DNA of 64,000 bases from Camelus dromedarius. Taxonomy: Eukaryota. Below, one piece after another: positions 13,902 through 25,275 of this stretch; position 1 is the first letter of the stretch; each line of letters opens with the position of its first letter. Location of the stretch: the NCBI RefSeq assembly GCF_036321535.1, contig NC_087447.1:44208001-44272000 (forward strand), read 5' to 3'. The notes under the pieces were generated by a model. That model had not been told where the DNA came from, made no database searches, and saw nothing but the letters and a program-made list of their open reading frames with translations. Both the position numbers and the translations under genes were made by a program.

Positions 13902-14850
13902 ATGAGACAGACGAATCAGACACGGGTGACAGAGTTCCTCCTTCTGGGACTCTCTGATGACCAACACACCCAGCAACTGCTCTTTATCTTATTCCTGGGT
14001 GTCTACCTGGTCACTGTACTTGGAAATCTGCTTCTCATATTCCTTGTTCAGGTTGACTTCCAGCTTCACACACCCATGTATTTTTTCCTCTACAATTTAT
14101 CTCTGGCTGACCTCTTTTTCTCTACCAACATCATTCCTCAGGCCCTAGTCCACCTGCTCTCTAGGAAGAAAGTCATTTCATTCACACGCTGTGCAATACA
14201 GCTTCTGCTCGTCCTCATTTTTGGGTGCACACAGTGTGCCCTTTTGGCAGTGATGTCCTATGATCGGTACGTGGCTATCTGCAACCCTTTGCATTACCCC
14301 AGCATCATGACTTGGAGGGTGTGCATTCAGCTGGCCACAGGATCGTGGACCAGCGGCATTCTGGTATCTGTGGTGGACGCCACCTTCACACTGAGGCTAC
14401 CCTACCGAGGCAGCAGTCACATTGCTCATTTCTTCTGTGAGGCCCCCGCACTGCTGATCCTGGCCTCCACAGACACCCGCACTTCAGAATTAGCCATTTT
14501 CTTCATGGGAGTTGTGATTCTCCTCATCCCTGTTTCCTTAATTCTGGTCTCCTATGGCCGCATCATCGTAACTGTGGTCAGGATGAAGTCAGCTGCAGGA
14601 AGGCTCAAGGCATTCTCAACCTGTGGCTCCCACCTCATTGTAGTCATCATTTTTTATGGGTCAGCAATTGTCACTTACATGACACCAAAGTCTTCCAAAG
14701 AACAGAAAGAGCTGGTATCTGTGTTCTACGCGATGGTGACCCCCCATGCTTAATCCTGTCATCTACAGTCTGAGAAACAAGGATGTGAGGGGAGCTCTGA
14801 GGAAAGTGGCCCCCAGGAACTTCCCATGCAGGCTTGGAATTTTCCACTGA
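13902..14850 (+). pseudogene. OR2D2: OR2D2 orthologue with a +1 frameshift at C6 (14740-14745): pseudogene allele or homopolymer sequencing error
   Basis: ORF reads OR2D2-like to ...AMVTP then HA-stop (14753). The shifted frame continues [38 protein letters not shown] (14850). Removing one C gives 315 aa. Confidence 0.85.
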
Positions 14851-15604
14851 CAGTGAGACCCTCCTGGCTGCCTACTAGTAAGAAATGCTGAGTAGGTCCC
14901 TCTGAAAGACCGGAATATGCTACAACTTTCACCCCTGGGACTTGCTTGTGGACCCATTCTCCATCCTTCATCCAGCACTTCCTTTGTAGAAGAAGAGGAC
15001 AATAATTCATGGAGCATTAGCACAGAGGGTCTGCTTTCTTCTGGTTAGTCTTTTAGCACCAGGGGATTTTAGAAAATCCTGAGGAACACACACATTTTAT
15101 AAACCCTGGAACCTGTAAAATCTATCTTTTAAAATCATACTGTATATTATTATCTATCCCAGATCCCACCCCAAATCCTTTATCTTTTGATATTTCTGAA
15201 TCTCTTTGCATCATCAAATAATCATGAATTGACAAACAGTACTTAATCACTTCCTACAAGCTAGGTGCTACATGTATGTGTGTGTGTACACGCACCTTCA
15301 TGTGTGTTTGAGGTAGAGAGTGACGAGCACGGGTAGGAAGGAAGAAGCAGAACATATGATCTCTGTTGTCCTTCTACTCATGCTGTTATTAAAGATGTGA
15401 GTTTCTATCGGGACACACTTTTATAAAGGTAAACACAGGGCTTTGGAAACCAAGAAGATATAGTGACATCCTGGGGAGCGTGAGAAGCTGTTACCAGTGC
15501 TGTGGGTGTAGGTGTATGAAGGTGAGGAGGCCACGGGAATAAATATTTCAAGCTCATTTTCTACCTACCTTCTGATTTCCTGTTACTGTATTAAAAAAAC
15601 AAAC

Positions 15605-15745
15605 AAACAGGATAATCTCCCCATCTGAAGATTCTTAATTCAATCACACCTACAAAGTCCTTTTTACCATGTAAGGCAACATACTTAACAGATCCTGGGG
15701 ACTAGGATGTGAACTTCTGGGGGGGACCATTATTCTGCCTACCAT
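15605..15745. mobile_element. MaLR (MLT1-like) LTR fragment
   Basis: ataatctccccatct...aatcacacctacaaagtcc...ggggaccattattctgcctacca. Confidence 0.65.
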
Positions 15746-16519
15746 CCCAAGGCCAAGTAAGATAAAAGTGGAAGAGCCATTAAAGCTTGCTAAAAATTTT
15801 TATAATAGTGCCAATCTGTTTAGTTGTGTGATTGCCATCATGCAAATAGAAACCCATGATCTACCTTTTCACTTGTAAAGTCTTATGGCGATACTTCAGA
15901 ATGTGCTGCCCTTCCCGAACCCTTGCTGCAGGAGAGCTGGAGGATACTCTGAGTGGGAGATTGAACCTGTCCTGGTACCTCCCCGGCACCCAGAGCTAGA
16001 GCTGCTTATAGAGTCTGAGGAAAGGATGTGCCCATGCAGTAAGTGCTAGTTTACTCTGTTAATTATCAATAAACTGTCATCAATAATTTACACAAAGTAT
16101 GATGCCCTTGTCCCAAGTCTGCTCTTCACCAAGAATCAGGGGTTGGACTATCACTGACAGAATCCTGGAGAGGGACTGCTAAATTGGTTGAAGGATATGC
16201 AAGCTGAAAAGGACAGCTGATTTCACCCAAACACAGTAACATTACCAGAAAAATCTAGAAAACGATCTTCGGGCTATTCACAGCAGTTTCCCACAATTTG
16301 CCCACTTCTCCTTAACCTGGAATGCCTCTACACTCTTTCTGCCGAGCAACTTCCATATCCAAGGTGGATAATTTGCAATTGAGGCAGTCGTCAGTGTGCA
16401 GTACTCTTTCTCCCTGTGAGGCACAGACCAATTATGGTAGCAGAGGAAGTCCCCAACTGATAGCCCTCTAAACATGTGTACTTTCCAAGCCAGCGGAAAA
16501 TTTAAACTATCTTTTTATT

Positions 16520-16806
16520 ACAGAAACAGACTCACAGACATAGAAAGCAGACTTAAGGTTACTGGTGGGGGGGAAAGAGGGGGATGAAAGGATGAATTGG
16601 AAGTTCAGAATTTGCAGATACTAACTACTTTGTATAAAATAGATAAACAACAAGCTCCTACCGTATAGCACAGGGAACTATATTCAATATCTTGTAACAA
16701 CCTACAGTGATAAAGAATATGAAAAGGAATATATATGTGTGTATAACTGAATTGCTATGCTGTACAGAAATTAATGCAGCACTGTAAACTGATTATACGT
16801 CAATAA
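16520..16806 (+). mobile_element. 5'-truncated L1 3' UTR
   Basis: cagaaacagactcacagacatag...gtatagcacagggaactatattcaata...caataaaaa; TSD aaactatctttttatt / aaagtatctctttatt. Confidence 0.88.
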
Positions 16807-17463
16807 AAAGTATCTCTTTATTTCATCTCTTTCTCACCATAATATAAATTCTATGAGGCAAGAAATTTGTTTTATTCACTAATGTGTCTTCAGGTTCTTA
16901 ATAATATGACACACACTGAATGCTGAATAAAAATTTGTTGAAATTTTGAATTTGAGTTTTGAAAGTTTTGAAAATTTGAAAGTTTGAGCTAAAACTCAAC
17001 ATTTGTTGAAAAAAAAGACTGAAAGAATGAAACAAACTTTACTATTTATTATCATTACTTATCTTGTGAACAAAAAGGACTTTCAAAGTCCCAGGTAGAA
17101 CTTTTGGACAAGTAGGAGAAGGTAAATACATGGATGAAAAAGTTTAAGAAAAGTTTAAACAAAGTTTAAAAAAATTGTAGTGAAGTTGTCAGCTTTCAGA
17201 CAGGCTGCTAATCTGTGTGGCATCCTAGTGGCATCCTCAGAGACATTGGTACCACTGGGGTCCTGGAGAACAGTGGAGCCATGGAAGTTCTTTCTTCCAT
17301 CACTCACATTCTTTCATTCATAAATGCATCCTAGTGGAAAGTCCAAAGTCCCAGTGGGTGAACTGTGGCTCCTGGCAAGAGTAGAGACCAAAGACTTATT
17401 TGAGGAACTTGCTTTTTTCCCTTTGTCCTTGCATTCTACCCCTTCAGTTTCCACCGAAGTCAG

Positions 17464-18408
17464 TCATCCTTTCTGAGGGCCCAGGGTCCGGCGGACGACC
17501 CGCCTCAGGGCAGCCTTGACTTCACTGTTCCTTAAGCTGTAGATGATGGGGTTCAACATGGGGGTCACCACCGTGTAGGAGAGAGACAACAGCTTCTTGC
17601 TTTCAGGAGAGGTGCTGGACCGGGGCCGGAAGTACGTGAGGATGGCAGTGCTGTAGAAGAGGGAGACGACCAAGAGGTGGGAGGAACAGGTGGAGAAGGC
17701 CTTGTGCTTCCCCTCAGCTGAGGGCATCCTGAAGATAGTGGAGAGGATGCGGACATAGGACCCCAGGATCAACAAGAAAGGGAAGAGGATGAACAGGACG
17801 GTGGCTGTCAGAGCCTCCAGTTCAAACAGCGAGGTATCAGCACACACCAGTGCGATGACAGGGGGGCTGTCACAGAAGAAGTGGTTCACCCTGTTGGGGC
17901 CACAAAAGGGGAAGCTAAAAATCCATGTGGTTTGCACAATGGCCACCGGCAACCCTGAGAACCAAGAGGCAGCTGCCAGCTGGCCACAGGCCCGGCGACC
18001 CATGATGACTGGGTAGCGCAGAGGGTCACAGATGGCAACATAGCGGTCATAGGCCATGGTGGCCAGGAGGCAGCACTCCGCAGCCCCGAAGAAGAAGAAG
18101 AAATACATCTGAGCAGCACAGCCGAGGAAGGAGATGGTCATGTCCTGGGCGATCAGGGTCTCCAGCATCTTGGGCACAATGACCAAGTTGAAACCTATCT
18201 CCAGGAGAGACAAGTTCCTGAGGAAGAAGTACATGGGGCTTTGTAGGGCAGAGTCAGCTGTAGCGACCAGGATGATGAGGACATTGCCCATTAGGGTAAC
18301 CAGGTAAATGGCCAGAAAAAGGAGAAACAACAGAGCTCGTAGGTCAGAGGACAGGGCTGAGAAGCTCACAAGAATGAACTCGCTGACAATTGTCCAGTTT
18401 CCCCACAT
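17464..18408 (-). CDS. OR10A4: Olfactory receptor 10A4 orthologue (mouse P2/Olfr17 equivalent), intact, 314 aa from ATG at 18408
   Basis: MWGNWTIVSEF..., [57 protein letters not shown]; the ORF-track start at 18438 is a GTG. Candidate acceptor cttctgccctcccgcag at ~18444-18460. Confidence 0.93.
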   Translation of the reverse strand: MWGNWTIVSEFILVSFSALSSDLRALLFLLFLAIYLVTLMGNVLIILVATADSALQSPMYFFLRNLSLLEIGFNLVIVPKMLETLIAQDMTISFLGCAAQMYFFFFFGAAECCLLATMAYDRYVAICDPLRYPVIMGRRACGQLAAASWFSGLPVAIVQTTWIFSFPFCGPNRVNHFFCDSPPVIALVCADTSLFELEALTATVLFILFPFLLILGSYVRILSTIFRMPSAEGKHKAFSTCSSHLLVVSLFYSTAILTYFRPRSSTSPESKKLLSLSYTVVTPMLNPIIYSLRNSEVKAALRRVVRRTLGPQKG

Positions 18409-19539
18409 CCTTCTTCTGCCCAGGATTTCACTGGGCACTCACGCTGCGGGAGGGCAGAAGCCCCATATGTTACGTAGACTTCTGTTACACCCTTCGCTAG
18501 GGGAGCTCCCCGGGGCCTCACTCTCCACCTTGCTTCTTACAGTTGTCAAGACCAAGCAGCTATACTTTCCAAAATGTAAAAAACCAATCTGACAATGGGA
18601 TTCCCATTTTTTGAAGAATGCTAAATTTTTTTTCAGACTGAATTGAGGCGCACTGCATATGTCTATACGTGTCCTGACTTTCCTCTGCTCTAAAAGGATA
18701 GTCAGAGCCACGGCTTCATTTGTGGGCTTCTATCCTGTCTCTCTCAGTGGTGCTAAAAATGAAGTCAGGCCAGCATTTCTGAAGAGAGGGGTCTTAACAC
18801 AAAAGGAGGATGATGAGGTGGGCCAGGGCATGCTTTCTGCAAAATGAAAGGGTGGGAAGGAAAACGTCAAAGAAACTGAACCAACGATTACCCAGGATCC
18901 CCAAAGAGGAGACATGAATGTGTCCCCCGGTCTGGAGCAGTGCATACTTGGGAAGATGTCAGTATATTGGAGAAATCTTCATTTCTAAACTCAGACGACT
19001 GCAGTTTAAACAAGAAGACACATAATGTAGAAACTGTGGTTTACCTTGATCTCTGGGCTAAATATTCTCCATGTGGCTGTATGTGGCCAGACAAAGGGAC
19101 CGTGGACTCAAGACAGAGTCAGATCAAAGGGAGAATCTAGATGTCTCTTGTGTAAACCCTTTCATCAGCTCCAACTGTTTGACTTGTGTCTCGACTCTCA
19201 AGAAATACAAAACTCAGATTTTACGCATCAGCAAAGAACGACTCTGGTATGCAAGCATGTGACTAATAATATTAAATCCTGTGAAAAAGATTGAGAAGTT
19301 TTCATCATTGCATCAACAACAAAGCTTCAAAATTGGACGCTGAGAGTCCTTCTGATGACGATAAACTGAAGAAGAAAACCTAAATAACTTAGCATGGTGG
19401 CTGGTATATAATACGTGCTCAATAAATGCTAACCGATAGAATTATTATGACCTAATCCTAGATCTGCCTTCTAAAATCCACTTTTCTCACCCATCGCCCA
19501 GACTTACTGTAGCCCTTGCTTTTCAATCCCAAGGAAAAA

Positions 19540-19830
19540 AAATAATTTATTCAATACATATTGTCTTTTGTGTGCCAGACACTGTTCTAGGTACTAAAGA
19601 TGATATATCAGTAAATAAAACAAACAAAATCTCTGCCCTCATAGAACTCACCTTCTAGTAGGGAAAATACATCACAAACAAATTATGTAAGTAAAATGTA
19701 TAGTATGTTACATGGTGATAAGAATAAGGGAGAAGAAGAAAGCAGGGGAGAAGATAGGATTTAGGGTGTGGGGAATGTCAAAGACAGTTTCACTTAGATG
19801 ATATTTAAGTAAAGTCCTGAGCAGGTGCAA
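19540..19830 (-). mobile_element. L2 3' fragment
   Basis: tttattcaa...tgtgccagacactgttctaggtact...ctctgccctcatagaactcaccttctagt. Confidence 0.7.
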
Positions 19831-20019
19831 GACGTGAAGGATGATGAAGGAAAGAGGGAGGAAAAAAGCAAAATCAGTGAGAAAGATTTATTTAAATTTT
19901 TTGCTGATTCATTAAAAAAATCAAGCTGGGCATCATTTCCTTTATGAAACTTTTTTGATACCTTTTTTTATTTTCCTAGTAACAACTTTTTGATACCTTA
20001 TTTATTTTCATAGTGAGAA

Positions 20020-20240
20020 ATAAAATTTATTGAGCACCAAGTAAGTTTAGACAATAAGTGTTTTGCATGTTACACTATGTCTCACAACAACCTGGAGATA
20101 CAGGAACTATTATTAGCTTCACTTTACAGCCAAGGAATCTGAGGCACAGACAAGTTGAGTAACCTCCCCAAAGTCAGGCATCAGGCAAGCTTTGGCATCA
20201 GGATATGCACCCTGGGTGGTCTGACTGCAAGTCCCGGGTG
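20020..20240. mobile_element. MIR SINE
   Basis: tttattgagcacc...ttttacagccaaggaatctgaggcacagacaagttgagtaac. Confidence 0.72.
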
Positions 20241-23200
20241 TGCCCATCAGGCGGTACTTTCACCCACTCCCTGAGGACGGGGGTGAGCCCGAGCTCACAG
20301 GTGTTGTGTCTGGCATAGGAAGGTAGCCAGGGAGAAACAAGCAAGACAATTTCTAGAGGGGCAGACTGTTTCAAGGTGTTAGCACCACTGGAGATTGGAA
20401 ATACCGATTTCATAGTCCTCATCTTAGAATAATCATTGATTTATGTCTCCACCACATAATCTCGGTGGTACACTCCTTGAGAGAACTTGTGTTATTCAGC
20501 TTTGTATCCCAATGCCTTGCAAGGTAGATGCCCAGTAAATTGTTACTTAATGATGAATGAAGAATGAAGATATGGAAAATAATCAGGAAAATATCTGTAT
20601 AGACAGTGTGTAGGCACAGTAAGTCTCATTCATAAGAAATTTAGACACAAAAGTCTACATACATCAACAATACAGCCTTAGATTCAAAGAGTGGTAAGAG
20701 TTATAAATTACACTCATCATCTTCCTCCACCCCGATTCCCCTCCTTTTATCTACCTTATTTCAGGAAATGATACTGCCTGACTGTATAACCCAGGAACTG
20801 GGGGAAAAAGTCCTTTAATTCATCCCCCAAACTTGGTTATTTTTCTTCCCTAACACTGATACAGTGTCACCGTCTCCATCCCCATCACCACTGCCTTTAG
20901 GTTCTGGTTCTTATTTTCCCTGACCTGGAATATTGTAGGAGCCCAATTCCAGCTCATTCTCTTCAAACCATCCTTGAGTTGTGTGTGATCTGAAAGCAAC
21001 TCTGATCGGATTACCTGCTCACCATCAATCACTCTCTACTGTCCCTGGGATAACTCAAACTCTTTAAGAAAATCTTGTTCTCTAATAACTGCTTATTTTT
21101 CCAGTTTGAAATCCTCTACATAGCTGATGCTCTGATCAACACCAAAATACTTCCTGTTCTGTGCAAACATCCTGCTCTCTCCCCACTCCCTGCATGTGTG
21201 CATGTGGCTCTCTACTCTTGGAAACCCCTCCTGGAATTATGTATAACTTTTGCTCATCTTGAAAGTCTCCACTGAAACATTTTCTTTGGGAAGTATCCCT
21301 GTCTTCCCTTGACTAATCAAGGAATAATTCTTTTACTCTCTTATCACACTTTGTGTAAACGTCTATTAGAGTATTTTTATAATTGTGTATGTGGGAATCT
21401 ATTTATCTTAAATAATTACTAATGCCATGAGTACAAACGCATTCATTCATCATTGTATCTTTTGCACTTAGCAGAGTACTTAACTCCAAGTGCTTAGTAA
21501 TCAATGTAGTTGAACTATTTTCAAAGCAGTCTGATGACACAATTGGATCTCCAGCTGAGCCAACAGACCTGTGGGTGTGTATGTGCATGTGTGTGTGTGT
21601 TTCACAGGTGGTACGTTAGGTTTTATCTTCCAAGATTATTTTGTTTAATTTGTCTACTATGGGCTGAGAAGATATTTTTAAAGCTTTGCTCTATCACACC
21701 AGCTTTGCATCACTCAGTATTCCATGAATGGCCACTTCCCTCAAATGTTTAATCAAAATATTTCTAGGACAGAGCCAAGACTCTGGGGCGTATCACTTAT
21801 GCCATATCCCCAAGTGGCTTGACACCAATTTTTAATCTCTACTCTTTGGGAAAATAGCAAAGATATCTCTTTTTTTTTCTATCAGCGATGTTAAATCATT
21901 TCAGACATGGGTTGGGTATAAATAAACACAGTTATATGTACTGTCACCTGGAATAGATCCCTTTAATGTAGTAACAAAGATCTCGTGAAAGAGCTCATCA
22001 AATGCCTTAGTGACATGCAGATAAACCACATTGATACTTATTTTCTAATCCAAGAGCTAATGTCAACTTATAAAACCCCTTCTGACTATCCCCATTCCCC
22101 ACCTGGGTATAGCTAACTACTCTCTCCTTTGTGTTCCTCCAGGAATTCAAAATGCCCTTATTATAACAATGATTTTATGTCATAGTGACTTTATATGTGT
22201 CCTCTCCTGCAAATGGTGCACTTTTTGAAGCCACAAACTAAATGGTATCCATCTCTGTATCCACACTACATTGCCTGGTACCCACAAAGTAACAATAAAT
22301 GTTTGTTCAACCACTAATTAACATTTGCCTTACTGTCATCAGTTAATTGGCTTAACACACTAATATCTTAAAAAGTTAATGAAGTTCTTTGTCATGAAAC
22401 TCTTAGGATTTCCATGATGGATTAACATAATCACTATTATTTTTTCAGTATTTGTAAAAATCCTTTTACCAATGTTTTAAAATTATTGTCTGGTGAGAGA
22501 TATGAAAATAAATGTAGAATTATAAAACATGACATGCATTTGAATTCTTCCTGTCACTATAATTGTTCTTGATATTATATAATATGTATAATTCATAAAT
22601 ATGATTATATATAAATATATATTATAGTTTCCGTAGTGTCAAGAAGCCTCTGAATCCAATCTTTCGGTAAAGCAGTGTTGGGCACAGAGAAAGCAGTCCA
22701 ATGAAGTGTCGCCGAGACCTGTGACAGCTGAAACCAGAGGAAAACTACAGCAAACATAGTTGGAGAATTTCCTACTGACACACAACCAGATGACACTACT
22801 TACACACTAGACAGTATGTGGTGACAAAAGGTTAGGAAAGAAAAGGTTCTCAAGTCCCCAGCTGAGAAGTTATCAAAGAGAATCTCTGAATATCCAGTTA
22901 ATGCAGCTGAGGGAACTTGCATCCACATAACAGTAGTTTTTCTGACTTTTAAAGCAGAGGTGCCCCTTCCTGTTTCTTTCGAACCAAATCTTTCAGGAAC
23001 TCTCAATACTTCAGTGCAATGAGGATGAACAAGGGCAGGGACAGGGGCTCAGAGCCCCACTTGGCTTTCACTTTCCTCCTGTCCCATGAAGTGACCCCTT
23101 GGGCATCTTCTTAAGGCCCTACGGCTGCACAGAACACAAAGTGACAGTTGGCCCCTCTCCTGTAGCTGTAATTCTATATTTTCCTTCATTTGTCTAGCGC

Positions 23201-23937
23201 CATCTCTCTCTAATACTTTCTTTTGATCTGGCCTTCCCTCTCTTTCTTATTCAGATCTTTTACCTTTCTTTTCTGTTTTTAATTTTCTGTTTTCCCCTGC
23301 GACATAGCGGGGGTGGTGGAGAGGAAAAGAGAATGCTAGAGGGGAGGAGAAGTTATGCGGACACTTGGCTGAGGTCGCCTGGGCAGCTCCGTCTCTACCT
23401 GGAGGGTCTCCTTTCAGGGATGACATCTCGGACATTCTCTGCTTTGTTTCAACAAAGAAGACCAGGTAACATACTGAAGAGAACATTGTGAAGCCACATA
23501 AATGATGGTTTGAGATCACAAGGTCATAATGGCAAGGGCTCTGAAGTCATAAATTTGCAGTTAAAGTTCTGGTTATTTGTTTTAGCTGTGAGACATAGAG
23601 CTACGGATGTGACATTTCCTGAGTAATGATTTTCTCAACTGTAAAATGATGGTTTTTATGAAAGCCTCACTCACCTGGAAGGTGTGAAATGAGATAATAT
23701 ACGTGCAAACACTGAACATTCTGAAAGACAATACATATAGGATCATTGTTTTCTATCCTTTCCCAAGTTCCCTAATTTGAGAAGTCCTATAAAACTCCAT
23801 TTTTTTAAACTTGAGAACTCTGATCTCCTTTCTTATCTCCCAGAAATGTGTCGACGAAGACATACTTTTTTTTAGGTGGTGAGCCATCATCCTCTTCACG
23901 AGAGATTTCAAGTCTGTGCCCTGCCCTCTCCCCCTTC

Positions 23938-24300
23938 ACTTACCTCCTGTGTGAGACCTGTCTCTGTCACGTTCCAGACAAGCCCTGGTTGGCGTCAGCT
24001 GCTCTAGAGTAGCTTTAAACCATGTCTGAATGAGTGACTCCAGGGGAGTCCTCAATTATGGCTATGTCTGTGCCAGACATTTCAGGAAAGTCCTGGATGG
24101 CGTCTGTGCCAGTCATTCCAAAGACACTCGGCTGTGCTTGTCTTGGTCCACGTTGCTGGTGAACTCTGGGGTTGTGCCTTGTCACATTCTTAAAGAAGCT
24201 TTGTCCGGGGCTGTGTCAGGCACCCCAGGTCAACCCTAGGCTGCTATGGCAGGGCCAGTCCCTGTGAGGGAGCTCGGAGCTGTGCTGCATTAGTCACTCC
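23938..24300 (-). promoter_or_regulatory. Candidate OR10A4 promoter and 5' non-coding exon
   Basis: Minus strand TAATTG (24053-24058) next to O/E-like TCCCCTGGAG (24038-24047); consensus donor GAG|GTAAGT at 23946-23938; non-repetitive and GC-richer than surroundings. Confidence 0.55.
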
Positions 24301-24653
24301 AGAGAAGCTCTGGGCTTGGCCTGTGTCAGCCACCCTGGAGGATTCCAGGCTGGGTCTCAGGACTCTTTTGGTCCCTGCTGTTTACTGTAGGGAAGTGATT
24401 TCCTCCATTGCTTCCTCTCCCTCAAGTGAAGTCATAGGTTCTTCTTCTGACAGGTGTGAGTTTTGAGGGGTTCCCAGGAATGCAAAAATTCATGAAGATG
24501 TTGCAGTCCCATAACTGGAGGAAGACCTTGACTGCAGCTCCAATGTTTCCTGCACTTGTGAGGCTACAAGAGCAAAAGGAGAAACCTCAGTGGCCTCTCT
24601 ATTCTCCAAGGCTTTCAGCAGAGAGAAATTAGAGGAGTGTGCCACTATTCTTT

Positions 24654-25275
24654 ATTTTTTTTTCCAGCTTTGTTGAGATATAATTGACATGTAACATTGC
24701 ATAAGTTTATGTACAACATGATGATTTGATTCCTGCGTGTACTGTGAAATGAACACCACAGTAGGGTTCGCCAACATGTCCATCACCTCACATAATTAGC
24801 TTTTGTGTGTGTTTGAGGTGAAAACATTTAAGATCTACTCTCTTATCAACTTTCAAGGATATTATCATCATGCTGTACATTTGATTCCCAGAACATATTT
24901 ATTTAAAACTCAGTTTGTACCCTTTGACTAACATCAACCCACCGCAGGCCCTGGCAACCACCTGTTTCTTTGAGTTTGTTTTTTTTCAGATTCCATATAT
25001 AAGTGAGATCAATACAGTATTTGTCCTTCTCTGTCTGACTTATCTCACTCAGTATAATGCCCTCAGGCTCCATCCTTGTTGCTGCAAGTGGCAGGATTTC
25101 CTTCTTTCTTATGGCTGATTAATGTTGCATTGTATACACGTGTGTGTATGTCACATCTTCTTTACCCACGCATCGCTGATGGACACTTAGGTGGTTTCCA
25201 TGCCTTGGCTATTGTGAAAAATGCTACAGTGAATATGGGGGTGCAAGTATCTTCAGGAGAGTGATTTCATTTCTC
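24654..25275 (-). mobile_element. 5'-truncated L1 (L1MA-type 3' end)
   Basis: T-rich tail at left, antisense 3' UTR/ORF2 end; degenerate TSD gtgccactattcttt / gtgccagtagccttt. Confidence 0.88.

Noticed and set aside
16930..17172. Degenerate tttgaaa / aaagttt short repeats
   Set aside because: Low-complexity slippage next to an L2-like end; no spacer structure, not CRISPR-like.
17565..18119. Alternative-frame and antisense ORFs over the OR genes
   Set aside because: Expected shadows of GC-rich coding sequence; no independent support.
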